Source: an uncultured archaeon
Lineage (GTDB): Archaea; Thermoproteota; Bathyarchaeia; Bathyarchaeales; Bathycorpusculaceae
Assembly: GCA_963782915.1 (NCBI GenBank)
Contig: CAWALK010000015.1
Span: 1-64,000, forward strand
Direction of reading: 5' to 3'
DNA length: 64,000 nucleotides
Shown: piece after piece, positions 1 through 8,496 of the stretch
How positions within the stretch are numbered: the first letter of the stretch is position 1
Layout: each line of letters starts with the position of its first letter
Position numbers and translations under genes: made by a program
Notes under the pieces: model-generated
The model's database searches: none
Told to the model about the DNA's origin: nothing
What the model saw: only the letters and a program-made list of their open reading frames with translations

Positions 1-749
1 AAATCAAACTCGTCTGGACCATCAAAACGTTGTCGTCTCTTCATCACAAGCGCAACTGCAACCACAACCACTATGGACGCTAAAGCTGCGCCCCCAACAG
101 GGAGTATATCGCTTTGAGAAACCACGTTGGGGTTGACTGTGGCTGTTCGGTTGGGTACTCTTTCTGTTGGCTGTGTAGGTTGGGGTGTTGGTTGTGGTGT
201 TGGGGTTGGTTTAGGTGTGGGTGGTGTAGTGGGTTTGGTTGTTGGTTGGGCTGTGGGGTTGGATTGTTGAGGTTGGCTTGTGGGGCTTTGGGTTGGGGGG
301 GCTGTGGGTTCAGGTGTTGGTGTAGGGGTGGGACTTGGGGTTGCGGTGGGAGTTGGTGTCGGGGTAGGTGTGGAAGCGGGGGTTGGAGTGGGAGTTGGGG
401 TGGGGGTAGCACTTGGTTTTGGCGTCGGAGTAGGGGAAGGTGTAGGAGTTGGTGTCGGGGTGGGGGTAGTTGTGGGTTTAGGGGTCGGTGAAGGTGTAGG
501 GGTTGCGGTTGGGGTAGGTTTTGGAGTTGGGGTTGGTGTGGGTGTGGCTGTTGGAGTGGGAGTTGGCGATGGCGTAGGCGTTGGAGTCGGGGTCGGAGTA
601 GGTGATGCGGTAGGAGTTGGTGCAGGAGTCTGTGCCGATACCAAGTAATTATCGGAATCGAACAGTTGAGTCTGATCTAAGGTAAAGATTACGCTAAACG
701 AGAGGAGAATTGTAATGAAAGTTACTAGTAAAACCTTTTTTTTAGGCAT
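1..749 (-). CDS. Secreted/membrane-anchored Pro-Thr repeat protein (3' end runs off window)
   Basis: Manual translation from ATG at 749: [22 protein letters not shown]...[18 protein letters not shown], then a long PT tract, then hydrophobic [19 protein letters not shown]. Open to position 1; absent from the ORF track because it has no stop in the window. Confidence 0.8.
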   Translation of the reverse strand, partial: MPKKKVLLVTFITILLSFSVIFTLDQTQLFDSDNYLVSAQTPAPTPTASPTPTPTPTPTPSPTPTPTATPTPTPTPKPTPTATPTPSPTPKPTTTPTPTPTPTPSPTPTPKPSATPTPTPTPTPASTPTPTPTPTATPSPTPTPTPEPTAPPTQSPTSQPQQSNPTAQPTTKPTTPPTPKPTPTPQPTPQPTQPTERVPNRTATVNPNVVSQSDILPVGGAALASIVVVVAVALVMKRRQRFDGPDEFD

Positions 750-956
750 TTTTTCTCATTTCTACAAGTAAAAGCCCAGGGAATAGACAACAGAAAAGGG
801 AACGCTTCAGATAACCTATGAGCCTTGCGTTATCTACCATACCTAAAAATAAATACACTTGTGACTTCAAAATCGGACAACAATACCTAAAATAGCCCCA
901 AAAGAATAAGGAAATAAGCGCCCAACACCTTCAATAGAAAAGAGGTTTTTGCGGTT

Positions 957-1379
957 ATGTATGATGGCTACGTATTTTTATGTAACAAAACAAGTGCACA
1001 ACAGTGTTTAAGTACAAAACGTTACACTTGCACAGACAAAAAAACTATGCCTGCACAGCCAGTAAAGGAGGGCTCAGTTATTTTTCTCTATAACGTGGAT
1101 GATAAGAGCTTGCTTGGTCCTTTTACAGCGTTGACTGAGGGCGGCACCGAATTGGATGCAGGCACTTGGGCAGTGGATATTGAAACTCATATTCCCTCTG
1201 AAGACATCAAAGTAACTTGGGAGAACCTACACATTATTCGCAATGCGGACAAGGATCTTCCTTTTTTGGTGGAGCCAAAAACTTGTAGGTTAGGCACTAC
1301 GGAGACTCAGCGTGTGTTAGATTTGCTTAAGCAGGGGGAACTCTACCTCTACGCTAAAGAAGAGGAAAAACTGAGTTAA
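957..1379 (+). CDS. DCD (development and cell death)-domain-like protein, PUA/EVE-like fold
   Basis: GYVFLCNKTSAQQCL...VKEGSVIFLYNVDDKSLLGPFTALTEGG...AGTW resembles the DCD consensus GxIFxCNxxTxxEC...IxPGxxLFLYNxxxxxLxGxFEA...AW. Confidence 0.65.
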   Translation: MYDGYVFLCNKTSAQQCLSTKRYTCTDKKTMPAQPVKEGSVIFLYNVDDKSLLGPFTALTEGGTELDAGTWAVDIETHIPSEDIKVTWENLHIIRNADKDLPFLVEPKTCRLGTTETQRVLDLLKQGELYLYAKEEEKLS

Positions 1380-1549
1380 TGCTTTGAGACTTTTCTTGTT
1401 TCTAAGCGCACGATTTTGTGGCAGTTGTTGCATCGGGTAAAAGTGAACTCCATGCCGCTGAGGCTGTCGAATCGGCGTTGAGTATACAACTGCACTTTTT
1501 CATGTTTACAAGTTATTTGCCTAATGTGATATACGCTATCTTCGGTCAA
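1376..1549 (-). CDS. Small Zn-ribbon-like protein (57 aa)
   Basis: Manual translation MTEDSVYHIRQITCKHEKVQLYTQRRFDSLSGMEFTFTRCNNCHKIVRLETRKVSKH. CxH...CxxC motif; TTG start after a GGAGAAGGGAG RBS-like tract. Confidence 0.65.
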   Translation of the reverse strand: MTEDSVYHIRQITCKHEKVQLYTQRRFDSLSGMEFTFTRCNNCHKIVRLETRKVSKH

Positions 1550-1751
1550 GTCTCCCTTCTCCAGTGTATGGGTTAGTGGGATTGGTTAAAAGACTTTGCA
1601 AAAAAAGCAGTTTTAGGGCTGCATCAAGGTACAGAGCAGAATAATCATTTCGAATCCAATGCCAACATTTGCTGCAAAGCTTCTAGAAATATTTGGCGGC
1701 AACACTAAACCAGTAAACATTTGTATGTTTCAAACGAAAAATGTTGGTTGG

Positions 1752-2168
1752 TTACTCGGTTTTTATGTCTACTTCAACCTTGGTGGGGATGGGTTCTTTG
1801 TAGATGTAGAGTACTGGGCAGCTTGCTTCTGTTCGTCGCCAAGCCGCTTCAACAAGTCCCCTGCGTGCTTTGGAGTTGATGTTAACTTTCATGGTTACGC
1901 CCGTGAGGGTTGGCGAAGTAGAGGATTTTTCGGCTTCAACAGCTACCTCGATTGTTCCTGGGTCGATTTTGCTGTTCTTGCACACATCCGCATAGATTAT
2001 GACTCCGCAGCCAGCAAGCGACATCAACGCCAACTCCAGCGGCGAGGGCCCCGCGTTGGTTCCGCCTTGAGATTCAGGCAAATCGCAGATAACGCTGTGT
2101 CCCCGACCGTTCTCAGTGACTAAGCGAGTGTTTTCCAGAAGCTTCGCTTTTCCATTAACTTTCGCCAT
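1752..2168 (-). CDS. OsmC/Ohr family protein
   Basis: DLPESQGGTNAGPSPLELALMSLAGC and the second Cys in EASCPV. Confidence 0.9.
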   Translation of the reverse strand: MAKVNGKAKLLENTRLVTENGRGHSVICDLPESQGGTNAGPSPLELALMSLAGCGVIIYADVCKNSKIDPGTIEVAVEAEKSSTSPTLTGVTMKVNINSKARRGLVEAAWRRTEASCPVLYIYKEPIPTKVEVDIKTE

Positions 2169-2300
2169 AAAATATCACAGACATAATTGAATAATTTTAT
2201 GGATTTAAGAATTCCTGCTATCACAAGACATTGCACGAAATTATTCAGCTCAATGTGAAATGTTAAATACCGAAAACACCGCGTCTATAGCACTATACTC

Positions 2301-3383
2301 TTGGAGAAATACGGCTTGAAAAACAAAGGCCCCCTCTTTATCGTTCCCTGGCGCTGCACCTTTGCCTGTGAGAGCAACTGTGCCCACTGTGTTTCAGCAA
2401 ATAAAACTGCGTTTCCAGACGAATTAGACACTAAAGGCGCCATGAAAATCGTTGATCAAGTCCACGATTTCGGGGCAAGCTTTTTTGGGATTACGGGTGG
2501 TCAGCCGCTTCTGCGCAAAGACCTCTTCGAAGTACTGGATTACGCTGCCAGTTTGGGTTTGAATACAAGCATCATTACTGACGGGCGCATGCTCGATGAG
2601 CAAGCCATCCTAAACATCATTAAGAACAAAACCAAAATCAGCGTTAGCATTGACGGCGCACAAAAAACCAATGATGCCATTCGTGGAGAAGGGGCGTATG
2701 CTGCGGCGGTTGCTGCGATTGAGCGCTTCGCCAAAGAAGGCCTCCTCAACGTACTCGTTTATACTTTCGCGAATAAGGGCGAAGTCACCAACGTAACTGA
2801 AGAAGACATGGTTCACGTTATCGAATTAGCCAAAAAGTATGGTGCCCGCTGGGTTGTCTTCCACGGCTTCGTACCCTACAGCAACGACAAAGAGAGCCTC
2901 AAAGCAGACCCCACACCCAAACAGTATGAGTGGGCATGCAACAAACTCTTCGACTTAACAGCCAAATATGACGGCAAACCAGCCATCAACGTCTACATAC
3001 CCTTCTATGCACGGGTAGCTAAGCAACGGGGCATGCCAGACTACGAAAACTGGTACAACAACTTCTTTTTAGGCAGATGCTTCTTTGGCAAATTCATGAG
3101 CATAGCTGAAAACGGCGATGTAATCCCATGCAGCTACAACGACGCCTACCGAGTTGGCAATGTTAAAAATAAGCAGCTCAGCGAAATCTGGGAGGACATG
3201 CAAAACAGCGACTTCTTTAACAAAGTTAAGGACAAACGCAACCTCAAGGGCAAATGCGGCGTCTGCGAATACAACGATGTATGCGGAGGATGCAGAAGCT
3301 CGGCGCTGTTCTATACTGGCGACATTTTGGGGTCGGATCCAAGATGCGCTTATGTGCCTAAAAGCCTTAGGGCTCAGCCATAA
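2301..3383 (+). CDS. Radical SAM/SPASM domain protein (AhbC/AhbD/NirJ-like superfamily)
   Basis: CESNCAHC (CxxxCxxC), ITGGQP, SIDG, and SPASM cysteines GRC...IPC...CGVCEYNDVCGGCR...DPRC. Confidence 0.9.
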   Translation: MEKYGLKNKGPLFIVPWRCTFACESNCAHCVSANKTAFPDELDTKGAMKIVDQVHDFGASFFGITGGQPLLRKDLFEVLDYAASLGLNTSIITDGRMLDEQAILNIIKNKTKISVSIDGAQKTNDAIRGEGAYAAAVAAIERFAKEGLLNVLVYTFANKGEVTNVTEEDMVHVIELAKKYGARWVVFHGFVPYSNDKESLKADPTPKQYEWACNKLFDLTAKYDGKPAINVYIPFYARVAKQRGMPDYENWYNNFFLGRCFFGKFMSIAENGDVIPCSYNDAYRVGNVKNKQLSEIWEDMQNSDFFNKVKDKRNLKGKCGVCEYNDVCGGCRSSALFYTGDILGSDPRCAYVPKSLRAQP

Positions 3384-3427
3384 TTTCTTCTATTTTTGTG
3401 TTATTCAATCACTGCTTGGGATTACGC

Positions 3428-3530
3428 CACAACCAACCTGCAACCGCCTAAACCAGCTGACGCCAAAACAGACGCCATAGCCAAGCCTGCTGGTTGTTGT
3501 TGAAAAAAGAGGAGTCCACAAAAACAACTA
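3428..3530 (+). repeat. Dispersed intergenic repeat, family B, copy 1
   Basis: CACAACCAACCTGCAAC followed about 50 nt later by the hairpin TGGTTGTTGTTG...CAAAAACAACTA. Similar to 18750-18855(-) and 34969-35072(+). Confidence 0.55.
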
Positions 3531-3558
3531 CAAACAAAAAATTAAACTGTAAACGGGA

Positions 3559-3627
3559 GTGACGTGCACCCAAAAGGAAATTCGGAAGAGAGAGGGGGGT
3601 AAAGGGAATCTTATGGATGCACGTCAC
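3559..3627 (-). other. Long inverted repeat / hairpin 3' of the 3632 gene
   Basis: Arms GTGACGTGCACCCA and TGGATGCACGTCAC pair at 13/14 positions around a loop that is pyrimidine-rich on the minus strand. Confidence 0.6.
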
Positions 3628-3631
3628 ACAT

Positions 3632-3865
3632 TTATGAGCTTCTCACACGCTGCCGGAAGATGAAACCCAAGTTTTTTCTTGACCGCACATAGTTCAGTTG
3701 CGATTTGTTTTTTGGCGCTTGGATTTTCTGTGATTCTTTGCAGGTTATGAAAACTGAGCCGCCGTTTTGCAGATGTTCTTTTACTTGGCAGAAATCGACT
3801 TGTTCAGCTTCCTGAACCTCAACGTCTTGGTTTGCGTCGTTATCGAGGAGCAGCACTTGAAACAT
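3632..3865 (-). CDS. Hypothetical protein
   Basis: ORF MFQVLLLDNDANQDVEVQEAEQVDF...; start could extend to 3937. Confidence 0.6.
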   Translation of the reverse strand: MFQVLLLDNDANQDVEVQEAEQVDFCQVKEHLQNGGSVFITCKESQKIQAPKNKSQLNYVRSRKNLGFIFRQRVRSS

Positions 3866-4002
3866 CGAGGGCTTGCTTCGTTTCCTATCTGCGGCATTGT
3901 TCAAAAGCTTGTTCTTCCTTACAGTGTTTGAGAGCAATTACACTATTTCTGCGAAAAATGTTTAAAGCTATGTGACTGCGTGCACGCTACCACAAGCCGT
4001 TT

Positions 4003-4659
4003 TTAGGCATGGATAAAAGAGCCTATTTGGGGGTCTGATAGCGATTTCACGACTAAATCAGCCTTTTCTTTTTCGAGCTCTTGGCTGCTGTAAACGCCTG
4101 TTGTAACTGCAATGCAACTCATGCCCGCCGCCTTCGCCGCCATAACGCCAAAAACGGAATCTTCAAAAACCACGCATGACTCTGGTCTAGCTTTAAGTTG
4201 CTGTGCGGTTTTGAGGAAAATCTCCGGGTCAGGTTTAGAATGAGAGACTGCTTCAACCGTTAAAACGGTGTCAAAGCAATCGACTAATTTGTTAATTTGG
4301 AGCAGGTGCATAATGACGGGGCGATTGTTCATCGATGCCAAGCCCATCTTCATTTTGCCCTGAAGCGCCGCCAAAAGCTCCTTAGCGCCCTCGAACAATT
4401 TGACTTCCTCTGCTAATTGAATTTGAACGTTGCTTTTTTTCTCAACAAGCTGCTTTACGATTTTCTCGTCAACCCGTCGATTGGCAGCTTGGAGTATTTC
4501 GCGGAAGGTCTCTGAAGCACCGATGCCGATTCTGCGTTCAATATAAGAAGTGGGAACTTCGAGGTTGATTTCTTTGAGTGCCTTCTGGAATGAAATAACA
4601 ATTACCCTTCGCGTATCAGCGAGGGTTCCATCCCAATCAAAGATTGCAGCTTCAAACAT
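4003..4659 (-). CDS. HAD family phosphatase (beta-phosphoglucomutase-like)
   Basis: FDWDGTLADT, KPDPEIF and VFEDS motifs. Confidence 0.9.
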   Translation of the reverse strand: MFEAAIFDWDGTLADTRRVIVISFQKALKEINLEVPTSYIERRIGIGASETFREILQAANRRVDEKIVKQLVEKKSNVQIQLAEEVKLFEGAKELLAALQGKMKMGLASMNNRPVIMHLLQINKLVDCFDTVLTVEAVSHSKPDPEIFLKTAQQLKARPESCVVFEDSVFGVMAAKAAGMSCIAVTTGVYSSQELEKEKADLVVKSLSDPQIGSFIHA

Positions 4660-4668
4660 CGCTGGTCT

Positions 4669-5481
4669 CTAGGACAGGTTCAGTTTTTCTCGGATGGTTT
4701 GGCTTTTTTTGGTGGCTTCCTCGATGGCGCGCATCATGGCTGGGCGGATTTGGCTTTGCTCGATTTGGTAGATGGCTTCTATTGTGGTTCCGCCGGGTGT
4801 GGTGGTCATGTCTTTGATTCTGGAGGGTTCCTCGTGTAGGTCGGTGACGAGTTTGCCTGTGCCCATAACAGTCTGTGCTGCACAGTTGAGTGCGATGTTG
4901 CGTGGTAAGCCAACCTTCAATCCAGCGTAAGTGAGGGCTTCGATGATTATGCTCATGTAGCCCGGTCCGCTTCCGCTCACAGCGGTGATGGCATCCATGT
5001 ATTTCTCTTCCACTTCATCACAGATACCCATCATGTTAAGCAGTTCTTTGATGGTTTCTTTGTCTTGTGCGGTAACGTTTCCGGCGCAGCAATAAGCCGT
5101 GTAAGCAGCCTGAACCATAGCGCACAGGTTAGGCATAATGCGGACTATTTTGGCTTCGGAAGGAGAATTTTTCTCAAGAAAACTCAATGGCACCGTTGCA
5201 GCGACGGATATGACGAGTTTGCCCTTGATTTCTTTGCTGATTCCTTTTAGCACGCTGGCTACGTCGCCGGGTTTGACGATGATGAATACTATGTCGGCGC
5301 TTGAGGCGGCTTGGATGTTGTTTGTGCTGGTTTGTACGCCAAGCGCTTCGAACTCTTTTAGTTTGTCTGCTTGAATATCAACCGCGGTAATTGACTCTGG
5401 TGCGATTTTGCCTTTGAGGAGGCTTTTGATTATGGCGCCGCCCATCATGCCGGTGCCGATGACTGTGATTTTGTTGGTCAT
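4669..5481 (-). CDS. proC: Pyrroline-5-carboxylate reductase
   Basis: IGTGMMG, RIMPN, AVSGSGP and TTPGGTT motifs. Confidence 0.95.
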   Translation of the reverse strand: MTNKITVIGTGMMGGAIIKSLLKGKIAPESITAVDIQADKLKEFEALGVQTSTNNIQAASSADIVFIIVKPGDVASVLKGISKEIKGKLVISVAATVPLSFLEKNSPSEAKIVRIMPNLCAMVQAAYTAYCCAGNVTAQDKETIKELLNMMGICDEVEEKYMDAITAVSGSGPGYMSIIIEALTYAGLKVGLPRNIALNCAAQTVMGTGKLVTDLHEEPSRIKDMTTTPGGTTIEAIYQIEQSQIRPAMMRAIEEATKKSQTIREKLNLS

Positions 5482-6143
5482 TATTGTTCACTGCTGCTTT
5501 GTAGATGGATTGGGTTTTGCTCTTTAAACTTTTGTGACTTCAAATTCTTGAGATACCAACTTCTCATCGCAAGGGCGCCTACAGAAATAACCAGCAAGCC
5601 AACCAATGTAATAAGAACGGTGACGTTTAGGTACCATCCCGAATTGTAGGTGGAATAATGGTCTCTGGCAAGGTTTGCCACGGATAAAGACGTTAGGAGG
5701 AAACCTGCGGAAATTAAACGGTTACCCACATTAGCTCGGCCCGCTTTTTGCTCGAAAGATGATCTCACTTTGCTGCTAAACTGGGCTAGAGCACCCATAA
5801 CCAGCAGTTGTACGCCTAACATTGCGATTAAAGCACCAAGTGAAATCAACGTCACTATGGTATCAAGCCCCAAACTGTAGCGGCTAACTTCGATGCCGCG
5901 CGCTGCCAGATAAGCCACTTGTTCATAGTAAACAGCGTTTAATGACAATGCAATGAGTGGCCCAATTATTACTAGGGTTATGCCTGCTCCAATGGAGGCG
6001 CCGTTGGCGAAATTAATTGATGGCTTGACTGGAAAATCAAAGTGGAAATGGTTAGGTGACTGAGTTTTAATGGGTGTACCGCATTCACTACAGAATTTAT
6101 CGTTTATATCCAGAGGATGACTGCATTTAATGCAATAGGACAT
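5481..6143 (-). CDS. Zinc-ribbon domain membrane protein
   Basis: N-terminal CIKC...FCSECG followed by about 4 hydrophobic segments. Confidence 0.75.
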   Translation of the reverse strand: MSYCIKCSHPLDINDKFCSECGTPIKTQSPNHFHFDFPVKPSINFANGASIGAGITLVIIGPLIALSLNAVYYEQVAYLAARGIEVSRYSLGLDTIVTLISLGALIAMLGVQLLVMGALAQFSSKVRSSFEQKAGRANVGNRLISAGFLLTSLSVANLARDHYSTYNSGWYLNVTVLITLVGLLVISVGALAMRSWYLKNLKSQKFKEQNPIHLQSSSEQ

Positions 6144-6214
6144 TGCTGTTCTCCGCCGCCTGTGCATATGGCGCTTGTTAGCTTAAATTTTTATCCCATC
6201 TACAGCGAAAGCAT

Positions 6215-7444
6215 TCACTTAGTTGGGGACTCAACGGCGACTAGTTCCCTTAGAATCTTGTGCATAGCCATTGCTGGCGCGTCTGTTTTTATGCCTCTTG
6301 GGTTGAAATGCGTAAGCAACGCTTGGAAACCAACTTTTTGGAGAGCAGCTAAGAATGCTTGGTTGCTGGGTGCGGGCAGGTTGAGTTTTCCGCTGAGCCT
6401 ATCGATAACGAAGTAAGTCGCAGGTGCATTAGCTTCGGTTTTGATTAGTGTGAGGAGTTTGGTGATTTTTGCGTTGTTCCTAAACGCAGCAGTCTGGTTC
6501 TCAGCCAATATTTGCTCAACAAACCCTTGGTCTGCAATAGATCCTGCCCATAAGGGACCGGCGTAATCCATTTTTTCGCCGCATTCAGGACAAGTAACGC
6601 TGCCGAAGGGTTGATAGACGAATTCTCGGTGCATACAGCTAAAACAGTTCAGGAGATACCCCGTGGATTTGAGGCTTTCATCTGCTTTTTTTGCTCCGTA
6701 GCCGATTTGGGCGTAGACGCGGATGTAGTGGTCGCTGCTGTGGCTGAATAGGATTTGGACTCCGATGTCATGTTGCGCTGCCACTTTTGCCATGCAGCCG
6801 GCGAGAAGCCTGACTGCAACTTCATGGCAGTATTCGGTGCGGATGGGTTTGCCGCCGTATTTGCGCAGGCAAGCCTTGGCGTGAACTCCGCAGAGAGGCG
6901 CTAAATCGGTGGCGGTTGCTGCGATTAAACCCTTGTTTTTCAGCGCCCTAAAAGCTGAATCTAAGTAGAGCACTGGTGTACCGAAGGGGTCGAGGTCAAC
7001 TATATCGAAGCGTTTCTTGGGCGAAGCGTTGCCGCTTAATACGCGGTTGGCGTCGCCATATTTGAGGGTGATTTTGTCTTGGAGCTTGTTAAGTTCGATG
7101 TTGTGTTGGGCTAATTCGTAGGCGTGGTGGTTGATGTCGCTGGCTACGACTCGTGTGACGTTGTCGACTTCCACGGCGTATCGGATGCCGCGTATGCCTT
7201 GGCTTGTCAGGGGCTCGCAAATGCTGATTTCATGCGCCACCATCTTTTGGTAAGCGCGGAATGCTAAGACGGTTAGGTCACGGTTGAATTCCATGACTGG
7301 GTTATAGAAGACTGGAGCTTTGGAGGGTGCATAATCGCTTGGGGTTACGCCGTAGGCTTTGAGGTTGGGCACTAAGACTTGGATTTTGCCTTCCTTGATG
7401 ATTTCGCTTGGGAAATCGGCGACGTAACCAGTTTTTTCTGCCAT
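6215..7444 (-). CDS. trm1: tRNA (guanine26-N2)-dimethyltransferase
   Basis: VFYNPVMEFNRD, DLDPFGTP, TATDLAPLCG and GPLWAG motifs. Confidence 0.95.
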   Translation of the reverse strand: MAEKTGYVADFPSEIIKEGKIQVLVPNLKAYGVTPSDYAPSKAPVFYNPVMEFNRDLTVLAFRAYQKMVAHEISICEPLTSQGIRGIRYAVEVDNVTRVVASDINHHAYELAQHNIELNKLQDKITLKYGDANRVLSGNASPKKRFDIVDLDPFGTPVLYLDSAFRALKNKGLIAATATDLAPLCGVHAKACLRKYGGKPIRTEYCHEVAVRLLAGCMAKVAAQHDIGVQILFSHSSDHYIRVYAQIGYGAKKADESLKSTGYLLNCFSCMHREFVYQPFGSVTCPECGEKMDYAGPLWAGSIADQGFVEQILAENQTAAFRNNAKITKLLTLIKTEANAPATYFVIDRLSGKLNLPAPSNQAFLAALQKVGFQALLTHFNPRGIKTDAPAMAMHKILRELVAVESPTK

Positions 7445-7521
7445 AACCTGTGCTCCAGAGTGTTGTTACAAAAGGAATTTAATCGCAATATTAGATTATT
7501 GGTTGTAGTGGTGCAAAAGCT

Positions 7522-8073
7522 TTGCAGAAACGGGTTTTGATTTTAACGGGTGCTCCAGGGAGCGGAAAAACTACTGTTCTTTCCAAGACGGTGGATGCCC
7601 TAAAAGCCAGTGGAATAAGTGTCGGCGGCATGATAAGCCGCGAAGCTAAAGAAAACGATGCACGGGTGGGTTTTGAAGTCATCGACTTAGCCAGCGGCAG
7701 GCATGGTTGGCTGGCACATATTAACCAGAAGCCTGGGCCGCAGGTGGGCAAATACCGCGTTAACCTAGCCGACTTGGAGGGCATAGGAGCAAAAGCCATC
7801 GCTGAAGCCACCCAAAAATATGATGTCATAGCCATCGATGAAATCGGCCCAATGGAGCTATTTTCGGCGAAGTTCAAGCACGTTGTGCATCAAGCGCTGA
7901 AAAGCAACAAGGTCGTGCTGGCGGTTGTACATGCCAAAGCCAATGACCCACTGATATTGGAAACTAAACGCAGGGACGACGCAGAGATTTTCACGGTTAC
8001 CTTAGCTGGCCGCGATGGTTTGCCTGAGCTGTTGGTGGAGAAAGTTCTAAACAGCAGTTCAACCAACCGTTGA
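7522..8073 (+). CDS. Nucleoside-triphosphatase, THEP1/NTPase_1 family
   Basis: GAPGSGKTT, VGKYRV and IDEIGPMEL motifs. Confidence 0.9.
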   Translation: MQKRVLILTGAPGSGKTTVLSKTVDALKASGISVGGMISREAKENDARVGFEVIDLASGRHGWLAHINQKPGPQVGKYRVNLADLEGIGAKAIAEATQKYDVIAIDEIGPMELFSAKFKHVVHQALKSNKVVLAVVHAKANDPLILETKRRDDAEIFTVTLAGRDGLPELLVEKVLNSSSTNR

Positions 8074-8305
8074 ATCTATATATAGGGGAGGGGATAGGTG
8101 GCAAAGCAACAAAGCCCCTTTTACATTGACCCCTTAACGAGGCTGCATTGGCTTCTGCCACAACTGCATAGAAAACCAAACAAAAACCCTGCAACCCACC
8201 ACTAACACAACTGCCAAGCCAACAAACGCATAGAAAACAAAAGAAAAACTCAGCAAACGCTGAGACTATAAATAGAGGGGGGATAGGCACCCAAGAGCAA
8301 CAAGA
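8061..8305 (+). repeat. Dispersed intergenic repeat, family A, copy 1
   Basis: CTATATATAGGGGAGGGG...GGCAAAGCAACAAAGCCCC at 8076 and CTATAAATAGAGGGGGGATAGG...GAGCAACAA at 8266. Near-identical boxes occur at 42668 and 42848. Confidence 0.8.
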
Positions 8306-8496
8306 CGCTACTCGTCGCCATATCCATGTTCAAGGCGGCCATGCGTTTTCTTATAAGCATAATCATGCTCTGCTTTGCCGCCGCCAAACGTTGCCATATG
8401 TTTTTGCAAGTCCGCCTGTGAGAAAAAAAGGCAGGCGCAATGCGGGCATTTGAGGTAGCGGATGTTTCCGTTTTGCTGTTCAGTCATAGAGATGCC

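Noticed and set aside
114-648. Gly/Val- and Gly/Cys/Trp-rich plus-strand ORFs
   Set aside because: They are antisense shadows of the real minus-strand Pro-Thr repeat gene (1-749).
8076-8100. GGGGAGGG within family A repeats as KOPS-like polar motifs or as Cdc6/Orc1 ORB G-strings
   Set aside because: Copies occur in both orientations within 64 kb, lack the ORB TCCA..GAAAC core, and no cdc6/orc1 gene is adjacent.
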